From NCBI GenBank assembly GCA_003567205.1, contig PXAA01000123.1, positions 9,242 to 73,241 of the forward strand: a stretch of DNA of 64,000 nt, read 5' to 3'. Under the pieces are notes generated by a model, which made no database searches, was not told the DNA's origin, and worked only from the letters and a program-made list of their open reading frames with translations. Both the position numbers and the translations under genes were made by a program. How positions within the stretch are numbered: the first letter of the stretch is position 1; every line of letters begins with the position of its first letter. Shown piece after piece: positions 11,082 through 21,882 of the stretch. This DNA comes from Bacteroidales bacterium (lineage in GTDB: Bacteria; Bacteroidota; Bacteroidia; Bacteroidales; UBA7960).

Positions 11082-11296
11082 ATTCGCTCGGGTTTTTGTG
11101 TGTCATTGTTGTGCAAATGTACATACATTTCAGGAAACAAATGCAGCGTTAGCAGATGTGTTTATTTTAACACTTTTTATTCTTTTTTTGTGTTATCTTA
11201 TAAAACATATTGCCGACTTTTGAGTTCTATAATTAGACAGTTTGCCCGATACGCATTGAATGAACTTCATGTTGTTGTTTTGGTTAGTTGATTGGT

Positions 11297-11326
11297 GACC
11301 CCGGAGTTTTAAAGAGCTCCGGGGTT
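11297..11326. terminator. Intrinsic terminator hairpin downstream of pepP
   Basis: GACCCCGGAGTT-TTAAAG-AGCTCCGGGGTT, with a T-rich tail on the + strand. Confidence 0.75.
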
Positions 11327-11345
11327 TATTTTTATCCCATGTTTT

Positions 11346-12740
11346 TCACCGCCTCCCGGCCATGATCTGTTCAATGTCTGCTATGGTCTTAGGTATGGGA
11401 CGGCCCAATACGCGATAACCCTCGCCGGTTACCAGCACATCATCTTCAATCCTGACACCGCCGAAATCCAGGTATGATCTTACTTTGGTATAGTCGATAT
11501 ACTCCTTGAATTTTCCCTCTTGTTCCCATTTGTCCACCAAGGCAGGTATAAAATAAATGCCAGGTTCCACCGTAAGCACAAATCCGTTTTGCAGTTTTCG
11601 CCCCAGGCGCAAAAATGCCGTTCCAAAGATACCGGAGCGCTTCACTTCATTATCGTAGCCTACATAATCCTCGCCCAGATCTTCCATATCATGTACATCC
11701 AGACCCATCATATGCCCCAGGCCATGTGGCATAAAAAGGGCATGGGCACCCAGTTCAACGGCTTGTTCCACATCACCCTTCATCAAACCAAGGCTTTTCA
11801 GCCCCCGGGCAATCACCCCGGCAGCAAGCATATGTATGCTTTTAAACGTCTTTCCGGGCCTGATGGAACCAATCGCCTGCAACTGGGCATCCAGCACGAT
11901 CTCATAGATGCTTTTCTGGCGGTCGGTAAACCGGCCGCTTACAGGCATGGTACGTGTATGGTCGGTGGCATAATGCATGGCCGTTTCCGCTCCGCCGTCC
12001 ATCAGAAGCAGCCTCCCTTCTTCCAGTTTGTTGTTGTGTGCATGGTTATGCAGGGTTTCGCCATGAATGGAAAGGATCAGCGGAAATGACAACATGCCGC
12101 CGGCAGAAATGGCAATGCCTTCAATTACACCGGCAATTTCATGTTCATATACCCCGGGGCGGGCCATCTTCATGGCCGTAGTATGCATCAGCCAGGCCAC
12201 TTCCATGGCTTTCTCTATTTCAGCAATCTCCTGTGGTTCTTTCACCGAACGAAGTGCCACGATGGCCCCGATCAATTCCACCGAGGCCATGGATGCCTGT
12301 TCACTGGTGTTGATGCCCAGCAGTTTTTCCAACAATAATTTATTTTCTGCCCGGTATGGCGGCAAAAAATGAACGGGGCGCTTTTCACGAATGGCTTTTT
12401 CGAGTGTATCTGCAAGCTTGTCAAATGCCATGGTTTGATCTACGCCGGCATCTTTTGCCCGTTCGGCCAACGATGCCTGTGGCCCCATCCAGATAATATC
12501 ATCCAGGCTGTAATCATCGCCGAAAATAATATCATTGCCGCTGTCCACATCAATCACCCCAGCCAGGCCCTGCTGGTCCAGGCCAAAAAAGTACAGAAAA
12601 TTGCTGTCCTGCCTGAAGCGATATGTATTGCTGCGATAATTCATGGGAACATCCACATTGCCCAGGATCAGAACAATCCCTTTTTTAATATTTTTCCGCA
12701 AGTGGTCCCTTCTGCTTGTGTAAGTCTTTTTGTCGAACAT
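11346..12740 (-). CDS. pepP: Xaa-Pro aminopeptidase (M24B)
   Basis: FRQDSNFLY, HGLGHMMGLDVHD, TVEPGIYF, GGVRIEDD. Confidence 0.92.
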   Translation of the reverse strand: MFDKKTYTSRRDHLRKNIKKGIVLILGNVDVPMNYRSNTYRFRQDSNFLYFFGLDQQGLAGVIDVDSGNDIIFGDDYSLDDIIWMGPQASLAERAKDAGVDQTMAFDKLADTLEKAIREKRPVHFLPPYRAENKLLLEKLLGINTSEQASMASVELIGAIVALRSVKEPQEIAEIEKAMEVAWLMHTTAMKMARPGVYEHEIAGVIEGIAISAGGMLSFPLILSIHGETLHNHAHNNKLEEGRLLLMDGGAETAMHYATDHTRTMPVSGRFTDRQKSIYEIVLDAQLQAIGSIRPGKTFKSIHMLAAGVIARGLKSLGLMKGDVEQAVELGAHALFMPHGLGHMMGLDVHDMEDLGEDYVGYDNEVKRSGIFGTAFLRLGRKLQNGFVLTVEPGIYFIPALVDKWEQEGKFKEYIDYTKVRSYLDFGGVRIEDDVLVTGEGYRVLGRPIPKTIADIEQIMAGRR

Positions 12741-12873
12741 GATTATTGGGTTTTGACTGTGTTTTTTCAAAAATACAACTTTGATACAGACAGCAGAAAG
12801 AAAGACAAACGGTGCGTGTTATTTAAAACCATTTCAAATAGTTGGCCCACTTGGAAAGTATAAACAGAGTTGA

Positions 12874-12881
12874 TATATTTG
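12874..12881 (+). promoter_or_regulatory. Bacteroidota -7 promoter box for the sdh/frd operon
   Basis: TATATTTG about 55 nt upstream of sdhC. Confidence 0.55.
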
Positions 12882-12935
12882 TTCGCGACCCTTATTTTTA
12901 CTTAAATTTCTTGTCCAAATCATTAAGCCAAGCCC

Positions 12936-13613
12936 ATGAAGAAGCCAATACTCAATCTTTCATCACTCAGCCAAAAGTACATCATGGCCCTTGCGGGGAT
13001 TTTCCTGATGCTTTTTCTGATCTTCCACCTGGCCACCAATCTTTTGATGCTGGCCAGAGACGATGGCGAAGCCTTCAGTGAAGCGGTTAAATTCCTCACC
13101 GAAAACCCGGTCGTCAAAATCATGGAATACTTTCTGTTTGCAGGTTTTTTAATTCACATCATACTGGGTTTATTGCTTAAGCTCCAAAATTACATGGCCC
13201 GCCCGGTGAAATACCATAAATCACTGCAAACCGAAACGTCTACATTCTCCCGTTTTATGTTTCATACGGGCGTTATTATCCTGATTTTTTTGATTATCCA
13301 CCTGATCAATTTCTTCTTCGTAAGACTTGGGTGGGTTCCCATACCCGGCGAAGCAGGAGAAGTTGCCAACAAACATGATTTTTACAGCATGGCCCAAATC
13401 TGGTTCAAGAATCCCTGGTATTCAGCGATTTACCTTGTTTCATTTGTCTTTTTGGGTTTCCACCTGAAGCACGCCTTTCAGTCTGCATTCCAATCACTCG
13501 GGCTGAACCACACCAAGTATACCCCGGTCATAAAGGTGATTGGCACCATATATGCCATAGCCATCAGCGTTGGGTTTGCCATCATCCCGGTGTATTTCTA
13601 CTTTTTTCACTAA
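12936..13613 (+). CDS. sdhC: Succinate dehydrogenase/fumarate reductase cytochrome b subunit
   Basis: About 5 TM segments with His ligands (FHL..N, FHLKHAFQSAFQSLG); directly upstream of sdhA. Confidence 0.92.
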   Translation: MKKPILNLSSLSQKYIMALAGIFLMLFLIFHLATNLLMLARDDGEAFSEAVKFLTENPVVKIMEYFLFAGFLIHIILGLLLKLQNYMARPVKYHKSLQTETSTFSRFMFHTGVIILIFLIIHLINFFFVRLGWVPIPGEAGEVANKHDFYSMAQIWFKNPWYSAIYLVSFVFLGFHLKHAFQSAFQSLGLNHTKYTPVIKVIGTIYAIAISVGFAIIPVYFYFFH

Positions 13614-13650
13614 AAACTGATTTTCTTATCCAATAATAAATAACAAAGCG

Positions 13651-15570
13651 ATGCAAAAGCTTGATTCAAAAATTCCCGAAGGACCATTGGCGGAAAAGTG
13701 GAGTCGGTACAAAGCCGGGTTGCGCCTGGTAAACCCTGCCAACAAGAAAAAGATAGACATCATTGTGGTGGGGACCGGCCTGGCCGGGGCAGGTACCGCC
13801 AGTGCCCTGGGTGAACTTGGATACAATGTAAAGGTTTTCTGTTTCCAGGATTCCCCACGCAGGGCACACTCAGTAGCTGCACAGGGCGGTATCAATGCCG
13901 CAAAAAATTATAAGAACGACAACGATTCAGTGTACCGCTTGTTTCACGACATGGTGAAAGGAGGCGATTATCGTGCCCGCGAAGCAAATGTTTACCGTGC
14001 TGCTGAAGTCAGCAATGATGTCATTGACCACTTCACCGCCCTGGGCGTTCCTTTTGCCCGCGATTATGGCGGGTCATTAGATACCCGCTCTTTTGGCGGG
14101 GTCCAGGTATCACGTACATTTTATGCCAAGGGACAGACAGGGCAACAATGTTTGCTGGGGACCTATTCCTCGCTCAACCGTCAGATCGCCAAGGGGACGG
14201 TGAAAATGTTCCCCCGGCGCGACATGCTGGATGTGGTGATCATCGACGGCAAAGCCAGGGGCATCATTACACGGAACCTGCTTACGGGGGAACTCGAACG
14301 CCACTCGGCACATGCCGTGGTACTTGCCACTGGTGGCTACGGCACTGTTTTCTATCTTTCAACACTTGGCTTGGGTAGCAATGCATCTGCCGCATGGAGC
14401 GCCTACAAGAAGGGCGCCCTGTTTGCCAACCCCAGTTTTATCCAGATCCATCCCACCAGCATACCGGTACTCAACGATTACCAGTGTAAACTGACCCTTA
14501 TGTCTGAATCGCTCAGAAACGACGGACGGGTATGGGTGCCCAAAGAAAAAGGCGATAAACGGCATCCAGGTGAGATTCCGGAAGAAGAAAGGGATTATTA
14601 TCTTGAAAGGCGGTATCCGGCATTTGGCAACCTGGTACCCCGTGATGTGGCATCGCGTGCTGCCAAAGAGCGTTGCGATGCCGGCTATGGCGTGGGCGAT
14701 ACCGGCCTGTCAGTCTATCTTGATTTTAAAGATGCTATCGAAAAACAAGGGCAAAAGGCCATTAAAGACAAATACGGCAACCTTTTTGAAATGTACGAAA
14801 AGATCACCGGCATCAACCCCTACACCCAGCCAATGCGCATTTATCCGGCAGGTCACTATACCATGGGCGGATTGTGGGTAGACTATAACCTGATGACAAC
14901 CATACCGGGTCTGTATGCCATCGGGGAAAGCAATTTTTCTGATCATGGAGCCAACCGTTTGGGAGCCAGTTCGCTGATGCAATGTTGCGGCGACGGCTAT
15001 TTCATCCTGCCAAATACCATCGGCCACTACCTTGCCGACGATATCCGGACAGGAAAGATACCTGCGGATGACCCCGCTTTTGAAGAAGCCGAAAAAACAG
15101 TGGCAGACCGCATCCAGCGTATCATAGCTGTAGGCGGCAAAGAAACCGCTTCTTCCTTCCACAAGCGGTTGGGCAAGATTATGTGGGATCACTGCGGCAT
15201 GCGGCGCGACGCCGAAGGATTGAAAAAAGGAATGGAATTGCTAAAGCAACTGGAAGAAGAGTTCTGGAAGAATATCTGCATCCCGGGCAGCGAAAAAGAC
15301 TTGAACCAGGAGCTCGAAAAAGCGCTGAAAGTGGCCGATTTCTTTGAAGTGGGCATGCTTATGTGCGAAGATGCCCTGCAAAGAGAAGAATCGTGTGGGG
15401 CCCACTTCCGCGAAGAACACCAGACCGAAACCGGTGAAGCCAGGCGCGACGATGCCAACTTTGCTTATGTGGGTGCGTGGGAATACCTCGGCCCAAAAGC
15501 AAAACCAAAACTATATAAAGAAGCACTCAGGTTTGAGTTTGTCGAATTGAAGGAGCGGAGTTATAAATAA
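13651..15570 (+). CDS. sdhA: Succinate dehydrogenase/fumarate reductase flavoprotein
   Basis: [43 protein letters not shown]. Confidence 0.96.
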   Translation: MQKLDSKIPEGPLAEKWSRYKAGLRLVNPANKKKIDIIVVGTGLAGAGTASALGELGYNVKVFCFQDSPRRAHSVAAQGGINAAKNYKNDNDSVYRLFHDMVKGGDYRAREANVYRAAEVSNDVIDHFTALGVPFARDYGGSLDTRSFGGVQVSRTFYAKGQTGQQCLLGTYSSLNRQIAKGTVKMFPRRDMLDVVIIDGKARGIITRNLLTGELERHSAHAVVLATGGYGTVFYLSTLGLGSNASAAWSAYKKGALFANPSFIQIHPTSIPVLNDYQCKLTLMSESLRNDGRVWVPKEKGDKRHPGEIPEEERDYYLERRYPAFGNLVPRDVASRAAKERCDAGYGVGDTGLSVYLDFKDAIEKQGQKAIKDKYGNLFEMYEKITGINPYTQPMRIYPAGHYTMGGLWVDYNLMTTIPGLYAIGESNFSDHGANRLGASSLMQCCGDGYFILPNTIGHYLADDIRTGKIPADDPAFEEAEKTVADRIQRIIAVGGKETASSFHKRLGKIMWDHCGMRRDAEGLKKGMELLKQLEEEFWKNICIPGSEKDLNQELEKALKVADFFEVGMLMCEDALQREESCGAHFREEHQTETGEARRDDANFAYVGAWEYLGPKAKPKLYKEALRFEFVELKERSYK

Positions 15571-15590
15571 GCCTTTAACATCTTGAAAAA

Positions 15591-16346
<756 letters not shown>

Positions 16347-16556
16347 ATCAATTACTGGCCATGCCTCGCATGCTGCACATATTCCGGTCTGCCCTGACGA
16401 AATAGCTATATTTCCCAGTCAACCTATGTGCAGGAGTGCTTTTCCTGTATATATGCATAAAAATTATATGAAAAACCTAGAATATACTAGGATATATTTA
16501 TATATTTCTTACATTTGTGAAAAGCACGGTTTAAACGAACTAAAAATATCAGCGTT

Positions 16557-16850
16557 ATGGCCGATCCGAAACTTGATCCCAAAAAACTGGAAGAGGCGGC
16601 AAGCAAACTGCGGGCCATCGCCCATCCCATGCGCATTGCAATCATTGGCCTCCTGGAGAAAAAAGAGCAGATGAATGTAACACAGATCTACGAAGCCCTG
16701 AAAATTGAACAAGCCTCCGCTTCGCACCACTTGAATATTTTAAAAACCAAAGGGGTGCTTGACTCCCGGCGCAGCGGTAAAAACACATTTTATTTTCTGA
16801 AACATGAAGCCCTCAGTCAGATGATTGACTGTCTGAACAGGTGCCATTAG
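16557..16850 (+). CDS. ArsR/SmtB family regulator
   Basis: AIAHPMR...SHHLNILK winged HTH; C-terminal CLNRC. TACATTTG -7 box at 16510. Confidence 0.9.
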   Translation: MADPKLDPKKLEEAASKLRAIAHPMRIAIIGLLEKKEQMNVTQIYEALKIEQASASHHLNILKTKGVLDSRRSGKNTFYFLKHEALSQMIDCLNRCH

Positions 16851-16858
16851 GTTAAGTA

Positions 16859-16889
16859 AGTAATTGGTGTTTAGCATTTAGTAATTAGT
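16859..16889 (+). repeat. Degenerate heptamer array (AGTAATT family, about 4 units)
   Basis: agtaatt ggtgttt agcattt agtaatt agt. Confidence 0.5.
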
Positions 16890-16957
16890 CGTCCAGGGTT
16901 GGGAGATGCTTGCTGTTTATTAATTGCTGATAATTTCATTATTTAGTAAAATACCAG

Positions 16958-17254
16958 GTGAGTTCCAGGGATCAATATACGGAAGCCAATATTCAGATTG
17001 CCAAGTTTTGCAAGGCACTCGCCCACCCTGCCAGAATAACCATCATTCAATTGTTGTTAAGCAAAGATTCGTGTGTCTGTGGTGATATTGTAAAAGAAAT
17101 TCCACTGGCCCAATCTACCGTTTCACAGCATTTAAAGGAGCTCAAAAAAACAGGACTCATACAAGGCAACATTACCCCGCCTCAGGTTAAATATTGTATT
17201 AACAAAGAAAACTGGCAAACCCTTCGCGAAAGTCTTAAATCATTAATAAAGTAG
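16958..17254 (+). CDS. arsR: ArsR family metalloregulator
   Basis: KALAHPAR, CVCGDI metal-binding motif, QSTVSQHLKELK. Confidence 0.88.
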   Translation: MSSRDQYTEANIQIAKFCKALAHPARITIIQLLLSKDSCVCGDIVKEIPLAQSTVSQHLKELKKTGLIQGNITPPQVKYCINKENWQTLRESLKSLIK

Positions 17255-17275
17255 GTTTGGTGATTTCATAAGTTT

Positions 17276-17291
17276 ATCGTATTTTTGCGAT
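17276..17291 (+). promoter_or_regulatory. ArsR-type palindromic operator overlapping a -7 box
   Basis: ATCGTATTTTTGCGAT, an imperfect palindrome containing TAnnTTTG; near-identical copy at 18961. Confidence 0.65.
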
Positions 17292-17310
17292 GTAGCAATA
17301 ATCGATCTAT

Positions 17311-17556
17311 ATGAAAATCATAGTATTGGGTAGTGGGTGCCCTACCTGTAAAAAACTTGAAGAAGCCACCATAAAGGCTGTTGCAGAATTGGACATCCCC
17401 GCCAGCGTCATCAAAGAAGAAGATTTTTCCGCCATGATGTCGTATGGGGTGATGCGCACTCCGGCACTTGTCATTAACGATAAGTTAGTGCTTAGTGGCC
17501 GTTTGCCTTCTGAAAAAGAGTTAAAAGAACTCATCCGCAATCATTCCGCTGAATAA
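17311..17556 (+). CDS. Small redox-active disulfide protein (thioredoxin-like)
   Basis: IIVLGSGCPTC...YGVMRTPALVIN. Confidence 0.9.
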   Translation: MKIIVLGSGCPTCKKLEEATIKAVAELDIPASVIKEEDFSAMMSYGVMRTPALVINDKLVLSGRLPSEKELKELIRNHSAE

Positions 17557-17573
17557 GCAACTGCTCAAACACA

Positions 17574-18878
17574 ATGGATCAAAAAAAAGAATTCAAGATA
17601 CTGGCCTGGCTTCTGGTATTTTTTCTGCTTGCCTATTTTATGCCGCTGGAAAAGGAAGTCTTTTCAGGAGCCATTTATGAGGCACTGTATCTTGTTCGGT
17701 GGTATGCCCGTGAACATATACTCTTATGCCTGATCCCTGCATTTTTCATTGCTGGCGTAATTGCCATTTTTGTTCAACAGGGGGCTGTGATCAAATACTT
17801 TGGGGCAAAGGTTGTCAAATGGAAATCATACCTGGTGGCATCTGTTTCCGGAATGATTCTTGCCGTATGCTCCTGCACCATACTGCCATTGTTTTCAGGA
17901 ATTCATAAAAGAGGGGCCGGCCTGGGACCCGCCATTGCCTTTTTGTATTCCGGACCGGCAATCAATATCCTGGCCATCATCCTGACCGCACGCATCCTTG
18001 GGCTGGAACTAGGCCTTGCACGTATAGCCGGTGCAGTAGTTTTTGCCGTTGTCATTGGATTGATGATGGCTTTCATTTTTCGAAAAGAGGAAAAACAGCG
18101 AACCGAAGAAGCCATGGATTTCCCTGAAACTGCTGAAGAAAGGCCAATGTGGCAAATCGCTGTTTTTTTCTTCTCACTGGTAGGAATCCTCATCTTTGCC
18201 AACTGGGGACAACCCGGAAGCAGCAATGGCCTTTGGTATTGGTTGTCAAATAACCAATGGGCCATCACCGCTGTATTTGGGCTGGTTTTTGCCCTGTCAT
18301 TGCTATTTATCATCCGGCTGAAACCTGCTTTTGTATTGGCCTCCGTAGCTGCAGTAGCCGTTTCCGCGGCATTCTGGCCCAATCAGCCGGTCATCCCCTT
18401 TACGGTGGGTTTTGTTGCACTGAGCATGATCACCGCCATGAGTCCCGGTGAACCGCGCGAATGGTTATTATCGACCTGGGAGTTTACCAAACAAATCATG
18501 CCGCTTCTGTTTATTGGCGTTTTTGTGGCTGGTTTCCTGCTGGGATCTGCCGAAGCAAATGGACAGGGGGTCATCCCAAATCATTGGGTTTCCGGCCTGG
18601 TTGGTGGAAACTCCCTGACGGCTAACTTATTTGCCTCATTGTTTGGTGCATTCATGTATTTTGCCACCCTCACAGAGGTACCCATCATACAGGGTTTGGT
18701 TAACAGCGGCATGGGAAAGGGACCCGCACTGGCCCTGTTGCTCGCCGGACCGGCCATCTCCCTGCCCAATATGTTGGTTATACGCAGTGTGCTGGGCACA
18801 AAAAAAACCATTGTCTTTATAACATTGGTTGTGATCATGGCCACTATAAGCGGGATGATCTATGGAAATTTATTTTAA
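17574..18878 (+). CDS. ArsP/DUF318-type permease
   Basis: Multi-TM; ILAVCSCTILPLF, FLYSGPAIN, MYFATLTEVPI, LLAGPAISLP. Confidence 0.88.
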   Translation: MDQKKEFKILAWLLVFFLLAYFMPLEKEVFSGAIYEALYLVRWYAREHILLCLIPAFFIAGVIAIFVQQGAVIKYFGAKVVKWKSYLVASVSGMILAVCSCTILPLFSGIHKRGAGLGPAIAFLYSGPAINILAIILTARILGLELGLARIAGAVVFAVVIGLMMAFIFRKEEKQRTEEAMDFPETAEERPMWQIAVFFFSLVGILIFANWGQPGSSNGLWYWLSNNQWAITAVFGLVFALSLLFIIRLKPAFVLASVAAVAVSAAFWPNQPVIPFTVGFVALSMITAMSPGEPREWLLSTWEFTKQIMPLLFIGVFVAGFLLGSAEANGQGVIPNHWVSGLVGGNSLTANLFASLFGAFMYFATLTEVPIIQGLVNSGMGKGPALALLLAGPAISLPNMLVIRSVLGTKKTIVFITLVVIMATISGMIYGNLF

Positions 18879-18960
18879 TTTTTTTTTGAAAAGTACCGCG
18901 GCATCAAAAGCAATAAAATATTAATTTTATACATATTTTTTTTGTAGTTCAAAAATATAT

Positions 18961-18976
18961 ATCGTATATTTGCGAT
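18961..18976 (+). promoter_or_regulatory. Second ArsR-type operator overlapping a -7 box
   Basis: ATCGTATATTTGCGAT, 15/16 identical to 17276-17291; contains TATATTTG. Confidence 0.65.
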
Positions 18977-19017
18977 TATTCGATACATTAAAATCAAGCA
19001 CCTTAAATCATTTACTT

Positions 19018-19425
19018 ATGATACAAAGAGTTTTTCCTTTGGCTGGCTTAATGATCTTGATTGCATTCTTTGCCAACGCCAATGATGATGGCAAAAAAGG
19101 GCCTCAACTCACGTTTGAGAATTCCAGGCACGACTATGGCACCGTTTATGTTGACGAGATGCCGGAAACCAAATTGGATATTAAATTCACCAATACAGGC
19201 GACGAACCCTTGGTATTGAGCAATGTGCGTGCTTGTTGCGGCACAAGGGTAACCCAATGGCCCAGGGAACCCATTTCGCCCGGCGAGGAGGGGATCATCA
19301 AAATAGAGTTCCGTCTGGCACCACGGCCACAAAGGATCAGTCGTTCAGTCACCGTAAACTACAACCATCCTGAACGGCCAATCGAAAGGTACCGCATAAC
19401 CGGCCAGGTGGTTGAAAGGGAATAA
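19018..19425 (+). CDS. DUF1573 Ig-like exported protein
   Basis: Signal peptide; HDYG...FTNTGDEPLVLSNVRACCG...PISPGEEG. Confidence 0.85.
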   Translation: MIQRVFPLAGLMILIAFFANANDDGKKGPQLTFENSRHDYGTVYVDEMPETKLDIKFTNTGDEPLVLSNVRACCGTRVTQWPREPISPGEEGIIKIEFRLAPRPQRISRSVTVNYNHPERPIERYRITGQVVERE

Positions 19426-19433
19426 TTTCTTGT

Positions 19434-20549
19434 ATGAAGTATATTGTTTGGCTATCACGGATTCTATTCGGGGGTATATTTATTTTCTCAGGCTTTGTAA
19501 AAGCCATTGACCCGCTTGGTTCTGCTTACAAGTTTCAGGATTATTTTCTGGCCTTCGGCATTGAATGGATGGTTTTCCTGGCTTTGCCCCTGGCCATTTT
19601 GCTTAGCACCCTCGAATTCATCATCGGGGTGGGGATATTGTTTGGGATTAAAATGCGATGGAGTGCCTGGGGTGGCTTGCTTTTTATGGCCTTTTTCACG
19701 CCACTTACACTTTATATCGCCATCACTGACCCCGTGCCCGATTGCGGATGTTTCGGCGATGCCATCATCATCAGCAACTGGGAAACATTTTATAAGAATG
19801 TCATTATCCTGGGGGCGGGCATCATTGTCTTTATATATCGTAATAAAATAAAACCACCCTGGTCAAAAACCATTGATCATGTGCTGATAATTCTTATCGC
19901 TGCAGGCATATTGTGGTTATCTGCATATTGCCTGCGCAATCTGCCCATTATTGATTTCCGCCCCTGGAAGGTGGGTAATGACGTTACCAAACTTGTGATG
20001 CCTGCAGAGGAAATAGCCGAAATATACCTGCTTTTTGAAAATCAGGAAACCGGCGAAATAAAAGAATATCCTTCTAACGACTTCCCCTGGGACGATCCCG
20101 AATGGACAGAAGTCTGGCAGTTTAAAGACCAGCGCAGAGAGATTATTCAACCTTACCAGGACGCCGAGATCGATGATTTCTATATTGAAGACGAATTTGG
20201 GAACGACCTTACCGATTTTTTCATCACCAAACCGGGATATCTCTTCATCATTGTGGCCCCTGACCTGCACCGTACAAACACAAAGGCATTCGAACAAAAA
20301 ATAGGCCCCCTGGCCAGGGAAGCTGAAAAACACGGATATCCTTTCATTGTATTGACAGGATCCGCATTTGAGGTTATTGAAGAATTCCGTCACGCTTATC
20401 AGACAACCTATCCCTTTTACCTCTCGGATGAAATCGAATTAAAAACCATTATCCGGTCAAATCCGGGCCTGGTTCTTATGAAAGAAGGGGTCGTTAAAGG
20501 CAAGTGGGCGCATCGCAACATCCCGCCATTTGACGAGATAATCAGGTAG
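19434..20549 (+). CDS. DoxX/MauE-family membrane protein (BT_3928-like)
   Basis: FSGFVKAIDPLG, DCGCFGDA, LPIIDFRPWKVG, LKTIIRSNPG. Confidence 0.85.
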   Translation: MKYIVWLSRILFGGIFIFSGFVKAIDPLGSAYKFQDYFLAFGIEWMVFLALPLAILLSTLEFIIGVGILFGIKMRWSAWGGLLFMAFFTPLTLYIAITDPVPDCGCFGDAIIISNWETFYKNVIILGAGIIVFIYRNKIKPPWSKTIDHVLIILIAAGILWLSAYCLRNLPIIDFRPWKVGNDVTKLVMPAEEIAEIYLLFENQETGEIKEYPSNDFPWDDPEWTEVWQFKDQRREIIQPYQDAEIDDFYIEDEFGNDLTDFFITKPGYLFIIVAPDLHRTNTKAFEQKIGPLAREAEKHGYPFIVLTGSAFEVIEEFRHAYQTTYPFYLSDEIELKTIIRSNPGLVLMKEGVVKGKWAHRNIPPFDEIIR

Positions 20550-20997
20550 TCCTTTTGCTGTTGAAAAAATCTTTTAACAGGCTTGCAGCGGCCTGGCTTT
20601 CTATCCCTTTCTTTACTTTGGTCCTGGGATGCAACAACTGGTTCGAATATTTGGTAAAGCCATGTTTTTCGTCATCGGCGCTGTAAACGAGCTTGCCAAT
20701 CTGTGCCCAGTGTAAGGCACCGGCACACATTACACAGGGTTCCAGGGTTACATACAGGCTACACTGATCCAGGTATTTTCCTCCCAGGTGATTTGCTGCT
20801 GCGGTGATGGCCTGCATTTCGGCATGTGCCGTTACATCATTGAGTCGCTCCGTTAAGTTATGGGCCCGGGCAATAATGCGCCCATCGCAAACCACCACTG
20901 CACCCACCGGCACCTCATCAGCATCACGGCCTTTTTGGGCTTCTTTGAGGGCCTCGCGCATGAAGTGAGAATCAGAAAGCAATTTTTGGACAGACAT
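20542..20997 (-). CDS. tadA: tRNA adenosine deaminase
   Basis: EVPVGAV, TAHAE, TLEPCVMC. Confidence 0.93.
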   Translation of the reverse strand: MSVQKLLSDSHFMREALKEAQKGRDADEVPVGAVVVCDGRIIARAHNLTERLNDVTAHAEMQAITAAANHLGGKYLDQCSLYVTLEPCVMCAGALHWAQIGKLVYSADDEKHGFTKYSNQLLHPRTKVKKGIESQAAASLLKDFFNSKRTT

Positions 20998-21000
20998 GTG

Positions 21001-21882
21001 TTAGGGGTTTGGAGTTTGGGATTTGGAGTTTGGGGTTTGTAGTTTTGCCTTCATCCAGTCAAATTTATTCCGCAAATAACATTTTACAAGCAAAATAAAC
21101 TTATGGGTATTAGGTACGCGAACCCGTTCTTCCTGCACCTGTCCGGGACCGGCACTTTGTATCTTGCGCAATAATTCCAGATAATACCGATAGGCAAGAT
21201 AGACCCCAAGCCTTACTTCCTTATTCAAAGATTTAATACCGGTAAAGGCATCCTCAAAGTCCTTCCGGATCTCCTGCTCAATTTTGTTCTTGTCATCTGC
21301 TGAAAAATTCTTCAGGTCTATTTCGGGGAAGTACACCCTTCCTCTTTCATCCATATCCGATCGCATATCGCGCAGGAAATTCACTTTCTGAAATGCTTCG
21401 CCCAGCTTACGGGCTGCAGGGAAAAGGGCGCGGTACTCTTCGTCGTTGCCGGAATAGAACACCCGCAGGCACATCAGGCCAACCGCCTCTGCCGAACCGT
21501 ATATGTATTGCTTGTATTCTTCCGCTGAAAACTCCTTTTTGTGGAGGTCCATCTCCATGCTGAACAAAAAGGCATTGATCAGTTCCCGGTCGATCCGGTA
21601 TGTATTCACCACCCACTGAAAACCGTGCAGTATCGGGTTGGTGCTCATTTTCTGATCGATGGCCTCATAGGTCCTTTCCTTAAAATCCCTGAGCAATGAG
21701 GCCTTGTCCTGATCATGAAATGTATCTACGATCTCATCGGCAAAACGCACAAATCCATAAATGGCGTAGATGGCCGGACGGTACTTTTTATCCAGTGTGC
21801 GAACCCCCATCGAAAAGGAAGTACTGTAGTTCTTTGTGGTGATTTCGCCACATTTCAGTGCATTACGTGTGTAAAGGTCCAT
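21001..21882 (-). CDS. crtB: Phytoene synthase
   Basis: YSTSF, RFADEIVD, GSAEAVGLMC, FQKVNFLRD, GRVYFP. Confidence 0.93.
   Translation of the reverse strand: MDLYTRNALKCGEITTKNYSTSFSMGVRTLDKKYRPAIYAIYGFVRFADEIVDTFHDQDKASLLRDFKERTYEAIDQKMSTNPILHGFQWVVNTYRIDRELINAFLFSMEMDLHKKEFSAEEYKQYIYGSAEAVGLMCLRVFYSGNDEEYRALFPAARKLGEAFQKVNFLRDMRSDMDERGRVYFPEIDLKNFSADDKNKIEQEIRKDFEDAFTGIKSLNKEVRLGVYLAYRYYLELLRKIQSAGPGQVQEERVRVPNTHKFILLVKCYLRNKFDWMKAKLQTPNSKSQTPNP
21005..21046. repeat. Heptamer array (GRRTTTG, about 6 units) inside the crtB 3' end
   Basis: gggtttg gagtttg ggatttg gagtttg gggtttg tagtttt; encodes the KLQTPNSKSQTPNP tail. Confidence 0.8.

Noticed and set aside
11082..11296. FMN riboswitch upstream of ribE
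   Set aside because: No RFN consensus visible, and the -7 box is only about 30 nt from the start codon.
16394..16420. Hammerhead ribozyme core (CUGACGA)
   Set aside because: No GAAA after a stem II and no matching stems I and III.
21005..21046. CRISPR-like repeats
   Set aside because: 7-bp tandem units with no spacers and no cas genes.
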